DNA of 64,000 nt from Patescibacteria group bacterium (GTDB lineage: Bacteria; Patescibacteriota; WWE3; UBA101185; UBA10185): contig JBHPHX010000001.1 of the NCBI GenBank assembly GCA_042571515.1, positions 9,508-73,507 on the forward strand, written 5' to 3'. The position numbers and the translations under genes were made by a program. This document shows, in pieces, positions 25,470-34,520 of the stretch. Under the pieces are notes generated by a model. That model saw only the letters and a list, made by a program, of their open reading frames with translations. It did not search any database and was not told the DNA's origin. Position 1 is the stretch's first letter. Every line of letters starts with the position of its first letter.

Positions 25470-26375
25470 TTATATTTTTGCCAGAACTTCCTGAATTGAC
25501 GAAATATACTTGGCATAAGATTTACTGAAGGCCTGCGATATCTCTCCCTTTTTTCTTGTATCAACCATAACACCCAAAACTCCTCCTCCTACTTTCTCCT
25601 CTACCGTTCCCAAGTTAGCGCTCTTAACAACAATACGTGACTTTGTTGAGGCATCTAGTGGTATAAACACCAAATCGTCCTCCTCAACTTCAAAAAGCTG
25701 CTTTGTGCCCACTTGGGTTTCTATATAACAAACGGTGGGACCTGAAGAAACAACCAGCGCACCCAAATTTTTGGGCACAAAATTCTCCGTCTTGTCTAAA
25801 ATATATTCTGAGTTTTGGTCAAAGTACAAATTATAAATACCTTCCTTCCTAACAAAGTCGAGCATTAAGAGGTATTTTTTGGGGTTGTTATTCAAATTGA
25901 TAAAAAAGTCGCCCATAAATAATAAATCCTTGTGGTCTACAGGAACCAATTGGGCTAAATACAACAAAAGTTCATACTGGACCCTATATCCAGAGGTATC
26001 TTTTGGGGAAATATAGTTAAAAATGGCCAGATTGGATAAATAATCCATATTATCTAACTGCTTTCCAGCTGGAAAAACGGAGTGAAACCCTGAAGGTGCA
26101 CTCACGCTTAGATTGTTGATCATAATGGGGTAAAAAAACTCATTCTCCGGGAATTTAACATCCAGTAGATGGGTGCTAGAGATTTTTAGGTCTGTTTTTG
26201 GAAGCTTATGCCTTTCGGCCAAGATATCTATTACTTCTTTATTAAATTTTTCCTGTTTGGGGTACAAGTAGGGGGAAAACTGGTAGTGGAACACATCAAA
26301 TAACTTCTTTCCGTCATCTTTCTGGAGCATGGTATATATGGCCGATTCGCTAAAATACAGTGACAATGTGGGCAT
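25470..26375 (-). CDS. Hypothetical protein (301 aa); weak resemblance to the N-terminus of actin-fold FtsA/PilM proteins
   Basis: ORF track. Coupled to 24486..25469. The resemblance is weak. Confidence 0.4.
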   Translation of the reverse strand: MPTLSLYFSESAIYTMLQKDDGKKLFDVFHYQFSPYLYPKQEKFNKEVIDILAERHKLPKTDLKISSTHLLDVKFPENEFFYPIMINNLSVSAPSGFHSVFPAGKQLDNMDYLSNLAIFNYISPKDTSGYRVQYELLLYLAQLVPVDHKDLLFMGDFFINLNNNPKKYLLMLDFVRKEGIYNLYFDQNSEYILDKTENFVPKNLGALVVSSGPTVCYIETQVGTKQLFEVEEDDLVFIPLDASTKSRIVVKSANLGTVEEKVGGGVLGVMVDTRKKGEISQAFSKSYAKYISSIQEVLAKI

Positions 26376-26430
26376 GAAACAATGTTAACATAAAATTTGG
26401 ACCCCGCTAAGCGGGGTCCTCATTACAATC

Positions 26431-26682
26431 TTACATTGAATGTCTGTCCGTATACGGCAACAAAGCCATATACCTAGCACGCTTAATAGCTCTAGAAAGC
26501 TTTCTCTGATTTCTGGATGTTAAACCAGAATAATTCTGGTGCATTATTTTTCCTCTATCAGTAATAAACCTTTTTAATGTCAAAACATCTTTGAAGTCAG
26601 GTGTTTTGCCCGTGTCTGTAAAGTAACAGGTTTTGGCTTTGGCTTTTATTCTTCTTTGCTTTCTTGGGCTCTTTTTTTTCAT
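26431..26682 (-). CDS. rpsR: 30S ribosomal protein S18
   Basis: CYFTD...[11 protein letters not shown]...[18 protein letters not shown]. Confidence 0.9.
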   Translation of the reverse strand: MKKKSPRKQRRIKAKAKTCYFTDTGKTPDFKDVLTLKRFITDRGKIMHQNYSGLTSRNQRKLSRAIKRARYMALLPYTDRHSM

Positions 26683-26689
26683 AAATCAC

Positions 26690-27211
26690 TCACTTTTTCT
26701 TTTTTTTCTTTGTTTCCTCCTCTTCTTCCTTTTCTTCCTCTTCTGCTGGCTCTTCCTCAAGTGCAACTTCGTCCTCATCTGCCAAGTCTGAAAGAACATC
26801 GTCTAGATCTAGATCATCATCTACTACGTCCTTTGCAGGCACCTCTTGAGAATATTCACTAGAACTTGTTCCCCCTCTTAATGGACTAAGCACAATCATC
26901 TCGTTTACAACAATTTCGGTTTTGTACCTCTTGTTTCCATCGGCATCGGTCCAATCTCTGGTTTGAAGCCTACCTTCAACATAAGTTTTTGAGCCTTTTG
27001 CCAAAAGTTGAGCGCAAAGTTCCGCCAACTTGTTCCAAGCAACTGCGTTATGAAAATCCGCTGCTTCTTTCTTTATACCGTCAACAGACCATTCACGATT
27101 TGTTGCAATACCAAAACTACATACTGGAGTTCCTTGAGGAGTGTACCTCAATTCAGGATCTCGGGTTAAGTTACCAATTATGATAACTTTATTTACGCTT
27201 CTTGCTGACAT
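26690..27211 (-). CDS. ssb: Single-stranded DNA-binding protein; acidic tail ends in a K6 run
   Basis: OB-fold N-terminus VNKVIIIGNLTRDPELRYT...W...F. C-terminus ...EEEEETKKKKKK instead of the canonical DDDIPF. Confidence 0.85.
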   Translation of the reverse strand: MSARSVNKVIIIGNLTRDPELRYTPQGTPVCSFGIATNREWSVDGIKKEAADFHNAVAWNKLAELCAQLLAKGSKTYVEGRLQTRDWTDADGNKRYKTEIVVNEMIVLSPLRGGTSSSEYSQEVPAKDVVDDDLDLDDVLSDLADEDEVALEEEPAEEEEKEEEEETKKKKKK

Positions 27212-27500
27212 TTTGTATGTCCTCCTTAGCTATAATTAAATACCTAACTAAATTTTCTACTATGTTTAATTTAGTTCTCAAACTTAAAATCTTTAACTCT
27301 GGGAGTTTAAAGGTTTTCAAGTCATAAAACCCTTCTGTTTCGGATTTTATTTTATATGCAAACTTCCTTCTACCCCAATAATCACCTTCCAAAATCTCCC
27401 CACCTAAGTCGGTTATTATTTTAGTAATTTGTTGGGATAATTCTTTTGCGGAATCCTCCCCCTTACTACCCTTTGCAATTGTCATTATTTCGTAAGTTCT
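27189..27500 (-). CDS. rpsF: 30S ribosomal protein S6
   Basis: MRTYEIMTIAK...YWGRRKFAYKI. Classic rpsF-ssb-rpsR order. Confidence 0.9.
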   Translation of the reverse strand, partial: RTYEIMTIAKGSKGEDSAKELSQQITKIITDLGGEILEGDYWGRRKFAYKIKSETEGFYDLKTFKLPELKILSLRTKLNIVENLVRYLIIAKEDIQNVSKKRK

Positions 27501-27649
27501 CATACTTGATTGAGCCAATTATACAAGGCACAATTTGGGCAGTCCATACAGTTGTCTCTAGTTTTACTAGAGACTTAAGCAATGTGGATACTACAACAAA
27601 AAATGAGCACGTGCAACCCTTTTTTCTACCCCTTTTGACACGCTTTTAA

Positions 27650-27680
27650 CCAAAATTCCAGTCTAACTAGAATATTGATC
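27650..27680. repeat. Solo REP-like palindromic element (CCAAAATTCCAGTCTAACTAGAATATTGATC) related to repeats at 43852-43941
   Basis: Shares TAACTAGAATATTGATC with 43871-43887 and CAAAATTCCA.TCTAACTAGAA with 43918-43939. Confidence 0.6.
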
Positions 27681-27721
27681 ATTTACTCCCTCTAATCAAA
27701 ATGCTAACAATACAAATACGT

Positions 27722-27788
27722 GGGCCCGAGCCAGGCGGCAAGTCAGGCTTAACACTTTGGCTTTGGGGTTCAATTCCCCTCGGGTCCA
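27722..27788 (+). ncRNA. Non-canonical 67-nt tRNA-like element (7-bp acceptor stem plus T-arm GGGGTTCAATTCCCC; D/anticodon region collapsed)
   Basis: Hand-folded. GGGCCCG pairs with CGGGTCC (one G-U). The T-loop TTCAATT is canonical. No CCA encoded. Confidence 0.3.
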
Positions 27789-27793
27789 TCAGG

Positions 27794-27822
27794 TTGACAA
27801 AAAGGTTGTTAACTAATACAAT
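27794..27822 (+). promoter_or_regulatory. Near-consensus sigma70 promoter (TTGACA, 17-bp spacer, TACAAT)
   Basis: Read directly. Followed by ~35 nt and then a terminator hairpin. Confidence 0.5.
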
Positions 27823-27857
27823 GGGTACGTTAAGTCTGACACAATTGCCGCCAGGTA

Positions 27858-27883
27858 AAGCCCTCGGTTGAGGGCTTTTTTGT
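27858..27883 (+). terminator. Rho-independent terminator (AAGCCCTC-GGTT-GAGGGCTT followed by TTTTTTG)
   Basis: 8-bp stem and T6 run. Also positioned at the 3' end of the minus-strand ychF. Confidence 0.6.
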
Positions 27884-28872
27884 TACACGTTAAACTTAAA
27901 ATTCACCACATCTCCATCTTGCATAACATAATTTTTGCCTTCTAAACGCAAAACTCCAGCTTCTCTCGACTCTTTCCAATTCTTGAAATCATCATACGAA
28001 ACTACTTCGGCTTTTATAAATCCCCTTTCAAAATCTGTGTGAATTACACCAGCCGCTTGTAAAGCAGAGGTACCATTTTTAATGGTCCAGGCCCTTAATT
28101 CTTGTGATTTAGTTGTAAAAAATGTTTGGAGGTTTAATAGTTTGTAGCTTTCCTGAATTACAGTATCTAACCCCGACTTACTTAGACCCAACTCTTTTTT
28201 TTCTTCATCGGTCAATTCAGCCTCCAATTTTGCACAAATTTTGACAAAATTCGGATTATTTTGCTCCAAATTGCTTTCGTCCACATTCAAAACCAACAAT
28301 TCAGGTTTGATTGATAACAAATTTAACTCATTTATTACCTTTTGCTCTTCATTATCATATGTTTCGCCATTGAGTTTCTCGCTATTTTCCAGCATATCTT
28401 TAACTTTTTGAAGTAAATTTTTGTTTTCTTTGTCATTTTCCATTCTCTTCTCTACTGTTTGAAGATCTGCCAGTAGTAATTCCGTTCTAACTGTATCCAA
28501 ATCATCCTCTGGCGAAATGGATCCAGTTTTTGACACATTTGGGTCTGAGAAATCTCGCAATACATGAATTACTGCATCTACTTCTCTAATGTGAGCCAGA
28601 AATTGATTTCCCAACCCCTCCCCTTTGTGCGCATCTTTAACAATTCCTGCAATATCAATGAACTTTGCTACCGCGGGGGTTACTTTCCTTGGTTGCACAA
28701 TTTCTCTGAGTTCTCCTAGGCGTTTGTCTGGTACTTCCACCACGCCGACATTCGGTTGGATAGTAGTAAAAGGATAGTTGGCAACAAGTGCAGCCTGGCG
28801 TTTGAGTAACGCGTTAAATAGAGTGGATTTCCCCACATTTGGTAGACCAATTATTCCTATTGATAGTGACAT
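27883..28872 (-). CDS. ychF: Ribosome-binding ATPase YchF (Obg-family GTPase)
   Basis: MSLSIGIIGLPNVGKSTLFNALL... Central coiled-coil insertion and C-terminal TGS domain (IHTDFERGFIKAEVV). Confidence 0.9.
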   Translation of the reverse strand: MSLSIGIIGLPNVGKSTLFNALLKRQAALVANYPFTTIQPNVGVVEVPDKRLGELREIVQPRKVTPAVAKFIDIAGIVKDAHKGEGLGNQFLAHIREVDAVIHVLRDFSDPNVSKTGSISPEDDLDTVRTELLLADLQTVEKRMENDKENKNLLQKVKDMLENSEKLNGETYDNEEQKVINELNLLSIKPELLVLNVDESNLEQNNPNFVKICAKLEAELTDEEKKELGLSKSGLDTVIQESYKLLNLQTFFTTKSQELRAWTIKNGTSALQAAGVIHTDFERGFIKAEVVSYDDFKNWKESREAGVLRLEGKNYVMQDGDVVNFKFNV

Positions 28873-29018
28873 ACGGGGGTATTGTAGCAGTTTTTAAGCA
28901 ACAAAAAAGGAGTACCGCGCGAAGGCTACGTGTGAGTTAACACAACGTAACACCTAACGGTACTCCCTACTGGTACGTAGACATATAAATTCTCCTTTCT
29001 CTATGTCTAAATAATCCA

Positions 29019-29097
29019 GCCTGAGCTTCCCAGGAGGGACTCGAACCCACAACCCGCGGCTTTGGAGGCCACTGCTCTACCGTTGAGCTACTCAGGA
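29019..29097 (-). tRNA. Irregular CCA-anticodon tRNA-like gene (Trp-type D and anticodon arms; ~8 extra nt between T-stem and acceptor 3' strand)
   Basis: Hand-folded: TCCTGAG-TA-GCTC AACGGTA GAGC-A-GTGGC CTCCAAA GCCGC-GGGTT-GTGGG TTCGAGT CCCTC-[CTGGGAAG]-CTCAGG. One T.T mismatch in the T-stem. Confidence 0.35.
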
Positions 29098-29120
29098 TTT
29101 TTTATTTCAAACCAATAAAG

Positions 29121-29196
29121 CTGGGGAGGTAGGATTCGAGCCTACGATCTTCGGCTCTGGAGGCCGATGTCCTAAGCCAGACTAGACCACTCCCCA
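29121..29196 (-). tRNA. tRNA-Trp(CCA)
   Basis: Hand-folded canonical cloverleaf. Acceptor TGGGGAG/CTCCCCA. Anticodon loop CTCCAGA. T-arm GTAGG CTCGAAT CCTAC. Confidence 0.75.
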
Positions 29197-29242
29197 ATTT
29201 CCAACCCAAACCAATAAACGAGGTGCTTTCTGGATCTACCCC

Positions 29243-29473
29243 CTACATTATGTAGTGGCTCACTGATTCGTCGATATGTTTCTGTAAAGTAAAAATTCTG
29301 TGTTCGACACTTGCTCCCTGCCTCTTTCCTGATTTTTCCATTTCTTTGAGAAACGCAGGATCTACTTCTTTAAAGAGAGTTGTAAACCCGTCACTGGTTG
29401 TGGCAAGGATGTGAACCTTATTTATACTATGCAAAAATCTAACGTGTTTTAAGGTGGTTTGTCGTGGAAGCAT
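29243..29473 (-). CDS. Hypothetical small protein (76 aa)
   Basis: ORF track; no family recognised. Confidence 0.4.
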   Translation of the reverse strand: MLPRQTTLKHVRFLHSINKVHILATTSDGFTTLFKEVDPAFLKEMEKSGKRQGASVEHRIFTLQKHIDESVSHYIM

Positions 29474-29518
29474 AAGCTTCTCTCCTTATCTAAGATTTAA
29501 AGTCTGGGGTATTATACA

Positions 29519-29923
29519 CTATTGTGTTGGTAAACGCTTCCAAAGCTCTGGTTTTAACAGTCTCCAAACAGGCTCCGCAAAAGTGCCCGTTAACCGCGTG
29601 CCATCTTCAGCCGTACCTTCAATTATGGCCATACCTCTTCTATTTTTAGGTTCCAATATAACTCTACCCTTCTTGAAATCAGTAAGGTCATACGATGATT
29701 GAAACTTAAACTCTTGAACTCTTCCTTCCGCCCCCCTAGCTCTGGGGTCTATTGGTAAATCAGATGTTATTTCGGCGTACCCTTCTTCTTCTAAAATGGG
29801 TAAATTCTCTTGGCACTCCTCAAAAGTAGCAGTATTGTCTAGAATTTTAGACAGAAAAGCTGCTTGGGCCTCTAAATTCCCGGGCCCAACCACGGCATCG
29901 TAAACCGGCTGTTTTCCATTCAT
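29519..29923 (-). CDS. Hypothetical protein (134 aa)
   Basis: ORF track; no family recognised. Confidence 0.5.
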   Translation of the reverse strand: MNGKQPVYDAVVGPGNLEAQAAFLSKILDNTATFEECQENLPILEEEGYAEITSDLPIDPRARGAEGRVQEFKFQSSYDLTDFKKGRVILEPKNRRGMAIIEGTAEDGTRLTGTFAEPVWRLLKPELWKRLPTQ

Positions 29924-29937
29924 GTTCTAATATTAAC

Positions 29938-29980
29938 ACAAAGAAAAAACCCGGGCGATGTGTAAAACCCCACCCGGGTG
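29938..29980 (-). terminator. Rho-independent terminator (CCCGGG...CCCGGG stem followed by TTTTTTCTTTG on the minus strand)
   Basis: Hairpin plus T-run at the 3' end of the minus-strand gene 29994..30476. Confidence 0.5.
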
Positions 29981-29993
29981 GTCGTATTCAACT

Positions 29994-30476
29994 CTAATCA
30001 TCCATAGGGCTGGGGCCGTCATAGACCTTTGTGAACCCATCCTTAGCACCTTTGTCCCGCAATTTAGAAGCTAATTTATTTATTATCTTCGGCACATAAA
30101 CCAAGGAAGAGAAAGCAAAAAAGCCTAGGATGAAGTATCCCATCACTGCTTCGGTACCAAAGCTTCTGGTAACTATTACCAAAAAGGATACAATTATCGC
30201 TAGGGCTACAAATACTAGGGAAAGTATATTAGCAACTAGCCAACCTACATCGTCGGTTAATGTTCCCTCATACTCTCCTTCCCACCAAAGGGTATAACAA
30301 CGCAGGAGCAACAACAAAAAGAGCCAGATCATAATTATCCAATTAATCGCCACAGGGCCAAGTTCACCTCCTATAATGAAAAGACCCGTGACAAGCCAAA
30401 AAATGGCCAAAAAGACTATTAATACCATTAATAACCAAAAGGCCTTGGTTACCGTTTCCCATTTTCTTAACACCAC
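29994..30476 (-). CDS. Membrane protein (4-5 TM), hypothetical
   Basis: ORF track; hydrophobic helices. Confidence 0.55.
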   Translation of the reverse strand: MVLRKWETVTKAFWLLMVLIVFLAIFWLVTGLFIIGGELGPVAINWIIMIWLFLLLLLRCYTLWWEGEYEGTLTDDVGWLVANILSLVFVALAIIVSFLVIVTRSFGTEAVMGYFILGFFAFSSLVYVPKIINKLASKLRDKGAKDGFTKVYDGPSPMDD

Positions 30477-30545
30477 ACACCTCCTTATTTAATATGATTA
30501 TTCGAATATGTTGGTCATATTATATCCTAGATTGTAGCTTTAGTG

Positions 30546-30582
30546 CAAAGAAAAAACCCGGATAAGTAGTTAATTATCCGGG
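30546..30582 (-). terminator. Rho-independent terminator (CCCGGATAA...TTATCCGGG followed by TTTTTTCTTTG on the minus strand)
   Basis: 9-bp stem plus T-run downstream of 30612..31055. Confidence 0.6.
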
Positions 30583-30611
30583 TATTAGCCACTATCTCAT
30601 TAGCGTCTCAC

Positions 30612-31055
30612 CTAAGCACGTGATCCCATATACTCAACCAGCTTCTCAACAGCAAAGTCATAAAATAAGACACACACTGCGAAAAGTGAGAACCCTTGGA
30701 CTATGGCTATCAAATAGACCCAGGAGCCCAGAGGTATAAAATAGGAAAGGAAAAAACCAAGCAAGGCAGCCAAACAAGAGATTGATTCGCCAACTACCCC
30801 TGCAACCAAAAATCTTTTTAATTTGGGATTCCCTGTATACTTGGCAGGCACTGAGTACTCCTTGTCGAAGGCATCCCACTGACTTGGAGCAACGTTGTAA
30901 TAAAAGGTTACTGATAGAGATGCTACTATACTAAACCAAGCCCACCTCAATGTAATTAAGTTGGTGGCAAGCTGACCTGAACTAACAATAACCAGGGTTG
31001 ATATGTAGGCTACAATACCCAATAACACTGAAACATGTCCCCAATATTTCTTCAC
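30612..31055 (-). CDS. Membrane protein (4 TM), hypothetical
   Basis: ORF track; hydrophobic helices. Confidence 0.55.
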   Translation of the reverse strand: MKKYWGHVSVLLGIVAYISTLVIVSSGQLATNLITLRWAWFSIVASLSVTFYYNVAPSQWDAFDKEYSVPAKYTGNPKLKRFLVAGVVGESISCLAALLGFFLSYFIPLGSWVYLIAIVQGFSLFAVCVLFYDFAVEKLVEYMGSRA

Positions 31056-31140
31056 GAAACACCTCCTTTGTGGTGTCTAATAACGAACCTGAAACGCTTA
31101 TGTTGGTTATAGTATATCAAAATCTGGTATTATTTACCTA

Positions 31141-33066
31141 ATGCCTAGAAAAATTTTAGTCACTACCCTAATACTATTGTTTCTCTTTCCAAAAACTGTC
31201 CTTGCGGGTTCCACTCCCCCGGTCACTACCTACATCCAAACCCCCTCCTCACCTGATGGAAACAACGGTTGGTACGTATCCCCCGTGGAATTTGATCTCA
31301 CCTCTACAGACCTGGAAAGTGGTGTAAAAGAGCTAAACTACAGGGTAGATGGAGGCACTTGGCAAAAAGTAGAATACGCCGACTCGCTAAACCTCGTCAC
31401 TAACCCAAGCTTTGAAGCATCGGACGGATCTAGCCCTACAGGCTTGTATGCTTGGGGTGCAAGCGTTGAAGATGAGTATGTAACCTACTCCCAAGACGCC
31501 ACTACATATCTATCCGGGTTTGAAACCTCAAGTGCAAAAACTGTCACCACACAAGGAACCTGGCATGGGATAAATAATAAAGATGCATTTGCAGTTGCCA
31601 CGCCATATGGCAATATGACAGCAACTGTTTGGTTAAAAACCGACAGTGTTATCGAAACCGCATTTTACAAAATATATGTGGTCTCACAAGATGAATTTGA
31701 GCAAATAACCTACGTTGAACTCCTTCAAAGCTCAGCCTTAACCGGAACCAATGACTGGACTAAAATTTCCACTAACTTTATTGTCAACAATGCTGACGCA
31801 ATTGGTGTATACATAGATATTGGTTTGACTGGAAGTGGTACAGTTTGGGCAGACGCTATCTCTATCAGTGAGGCTATCACGTCTGCTAACACAGCTGTTA
31901 CAGTCTCTACTGACAACGAAAACCATCTTCTCGAGTTTTATGCAGTCGATCATGCCAACAATATTGAAAACACTCAATCTGTATCTTTTAAAATTGACCA
32001 AACCCCTCCAAATAATTGGTATAATTCAGGGGCGTATAGGGGTTTGGGTGGTGGTGCTGAGCACGAAGTTTATGTATACACAACTGTAACAGATCCTACA
32101 TCTGGACTCTCAATACTCACAAGCAGATACCAATATCATACAAGTAGAAATCCAGGGTTTGGCCACTTCACCTCTATTTTGGGATGTAACACAGACTGGA
32201 ATTCAGATGGGTGGATAGACTTACTAACTTCCCCTTCCACACCAGGAGTCACCGAAACTGATTTAGTAACTCAAAAAACAGATTTCTGTGACAGTAACTG
32301 GAAAGTATGCAAAACTGTCAAATTCTACGCTGAAGATATGGCTGGAAACACCTCTTATAAGGAGTTTTGTATAAATGGGCCTTGGATAAGTCTGGAGGGA
32401 GAAGGTAACGTGCGGTCTGACTACACTATAGACATGGTAGCGGAAGCAGATGAGGACAACACAGACGGTTTAGTCGAAACTGGGCAAAGTTCTATTAACT
32501 TTTTTACTTCTTCTAGGGATTGGTACGCAAAAAATACTACTTCCCCAGAAGCACAGGACTATAGCTCTTTATTTTCGGTAACAACTAGCAAAACTGATTT
32601 CTCAGAAGATTTGGTAAGTGAAGGGGGCGTGTACGAACACAATGGAAATTTCACAGTTGATAACCAAAGCACGCCCAACGACTACGATAATAATACCTTT
32701 GATCAAATTGTTTTCATTGATGGAGATTTAGCAATAGAAACAAACATCACGGTAGACGAAACCTCCACTGCGCTTTTTGTTGTGAGTGGGAATATAAATA
32801 TATCAAAAACCGTAGACACCGTGGAAGTTGGTTTAATTGCAGATGGGGATATCTACACAGCCTATGATATCTCAGAAGACGAGGCAACAAAAACGCTAAA
32901 TCTAAAAGGAATTTACATTGCAGAAAAAATTAACTTGCAACGAACTTCTCAAGGAGCAAATGACAACAAAGATCCCTCCGAGGCATTCACATTTGAACCC
33001 AAATACCTAATCCAACTCAAGGAGTTTTTCAAAACAAGTCATGTTCGTTGGGAAAGCGTAGAATAA
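31141..33066 (+). CDS. Large secreted/cell-surface protein (641 aa) with N-terminal signal peptide, hypothetical
   Basis: MPRKILVTTLILLFLFPKTVLAGS signal peptide. Thr/Ser/Asn/Asp-rich mature region predicted beta-rich. Confidence 0.6.
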   Translation: MPRKILVTTLILLFLFPKTVLAGSTPPVTTYIQTPSSPDGNNGWYVSPVEFDLTSTDLESGVKELNYRVDGGTWQKVEYADSLNLVTNPSFEASDGSSPTGLYAWGASVEDEYVTYSQDATTYLSGFETSSAKTVTTQGTWHGINNKDAFAVATPYGNMTATVWLKTDSVIETAFYKIYVVSQDEFEQITYVELLQSSALTGTNDWTKISTNFIVNNADAIGVYIDIGLTGSGTVWADAISISEAITSANTAVTVSTDNENHLLEFYAVDHANNIENTQSVSFKIDQTPPNNWYNSGAYRGLGGGAEHEVYVYTTVTDPTSGLSILTSRYQYHTSRNPGFGHFTSILGCNTDWNSDGWIDLLTSPSTPGVTETDLVTQKTDFCDSNWKVCKTVKFYAEDMAGNTSYKEFCINGPWISLEGEGNVRSDYTIDMVAEADEDNTDGLVETGQSSINFFTSSRDWYAKNTTSPEAQDYSSLFSVTTSKTDFSEDLVSEGGVYEHNGNFTVDNQSTPNDYDNNTFDQIVFIDGDLAIETNITVDETSTALFVVSGNINISKTVDTVEVGLIADGDIYTAYDISEDEATKTLNLKGIYIAEKINLQRTSQGANDNKDPSEAFTFEPKYLIQLKEFFKTSHVRWESVE

Positions 33067-33067
33067 T

Positions 33068-34447
33068 CTATAATTTTCTTCTTACCTTATACCCCTCTTT
33101 TGTGTCCTCAACAAGATAGCCTAACTCACTAGCTTCCTTCCTAAGTTGGTCTGCCTTATCCCAAATCCCGCTTTGTTTGTAATCCCATCTCATTTTTGCT
33201 ATATCTTTAACCTTCTGTGGAATCTCATATCCCACATGATCCCCCAAATTCAACCCCAAAACCTCATCCATTTTCAACAAGGTCTTTATTTTTACAGGTT
33301 CCTCAACTTCGCTTTTAAGAAGCTCCCAAACCACCGCTATGGCCTTAGGCATATTAAAATCAGAGTTAACTGCTAAGGTAAACTTCTGTATAAGCTCGTC
33401 GTTTACTTCTGCGTATTCGCTTTCCTTGTAGCCTGAAACTAGATCATATAGTTTTTTAAGGGAGTTGTGTGCACTTTGTAGTGATTCCCAAGTAAAGTTT
33501 AGAGGCGATCTATAGTGTGCAGTCATATAGAAAAAGCGTATATCCATGGGGGTATATCCCCTATTAACAACATCTTCCAGCGTGTAACCTGTACCTTGAC
33601 TTTTTGCCATCCCGCCGCCATCTACTTGCAAGTGGGTTACATGAACCCAGTATTTGGAGAGGGGTTTTTCGTTGGCACATACGCTTTGGGCGATTTCATT
33701 GGGGTGATGGGGCATCCTGTGATCTTCTCCTCCAAGATGTATATCTATGGTAATCCCAAGCTCTTTTCTTACCATCGCGCTACACTCGATATGCCAACCC
33801 GGGTACCCTTTCCCCCATGGAGAATCGTATTCCTGCCATCTTTGCTGGTCTACTGGAGAGAACTTCCACAGGGCGAAGTCCGCCTGGTTCTTTTTGTCTG
33901 GATTTGGCCTAACCCTAGCCCCCTCCTGCACGTTTTCAATGTCTAACCCAAATTGCTTGCCATAATCATCATATTTGCTGGTGTCAAAATACACCCCGTC
34001 TACGGTTTTATAAATATATCCCTTGTTCTCCAAATCCTGGATCATTTCGATTTGCTCTGCAATATAATCTGTAGCACGGGTAAAAATGGCGGGTCTGTGC
34101 ATGTTTAGAGCCTCGAAGTCTTTTTTGAAAGCTTTTATATAGAAATCCGCTACATCCCTAGCACTTTTACCTTCTCTTTCGGCAGCAACTTCCATCTTAT
34201 CATCACCGTCGTCTCCATCATCTGTGAGATGTCCCAAGTCTGTAAGATTCATAACAAATTTGACGTTGTAGTCATTGAATCTAAGGGTTCTTAAGATAAT
34301 ATCGCTTGTAAAAAAGGTTCTAAAGTTACCAATATGTGCAAAGTCATAGGCCGTGGGGCCACAAGTGTACATTAAAACCTCATCCTGATTTATAGGGCTG
34401 AATTCTTCGACTTGTTTGGATGAGGAGTTATATATATTCAAAGACAT
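33068..34447 (-). CDS. cysS: Cysteine--tRNA ligase
   Basis: MYTCGPTAYDFAHIGNFRT (HIGH-type motif) and a KMSKS-like GMAKSQG. Start taken at MSLNIYNSS (the track ORF extends to 34504). Confidence 0.9.
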   Translation of the reverse strand: MSLNIYNSSSKQVEEFSPINQDEVLMYTCGPTAYDFAHIGNFRTFFTSDIILRTLRFNDYNVKFVMNLTDLGHLTDDGDDGDDKMEVAAEREGKSARDVADFYIKAFKKDFEALNMHRPAIFTRATDYIAEQIEMIQDLENKGYIYKTVDGVYFDTSKYDDYGKQFGLDIENVQEGARVRPNPDKKNQADFALWKFSPVDQQRWQEYDSPWGKGYPGWHIECSAMVRKELGITIDIHLGGEDHRMPHHPNEIAQSVCANEKPLSKYWVHVTHLQVDGGGMAKSQGTGYTLEDVVNRGYTPMDIRFFYMTAHYRSPLNFTWESLQSAHNSLKKLYDLVSGYKESEYAEVNDELIQKFTLAVNSDFNMPKAIAVVWELLKSEVEEPVKIKTLLKMDEVLGLNLGDHVGYEIPQKVKDIAKMRWDYKQSGIWDKADQLRKEASELGYLVEDTKEGYKVRRKL

Positions 34448-34487
34448 ATTAGTATGATAAATGGAAATATTGATTATGTAAAGCAAA

Positions 34488-34520
34488 AAGCCGATGCTTC
34501 GCAATCAAAACATCGGCTTT
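34488..34520 (-). terminator. Rho-independent terminator (AAGCCGATG...CATCGGCTT followed by TTTTTGCTTT on the minus strand)
   Basis: 9-bp stem plus T-run, downstream of the dnaX-recR-small-ORF operon. Confidence 0.5.
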
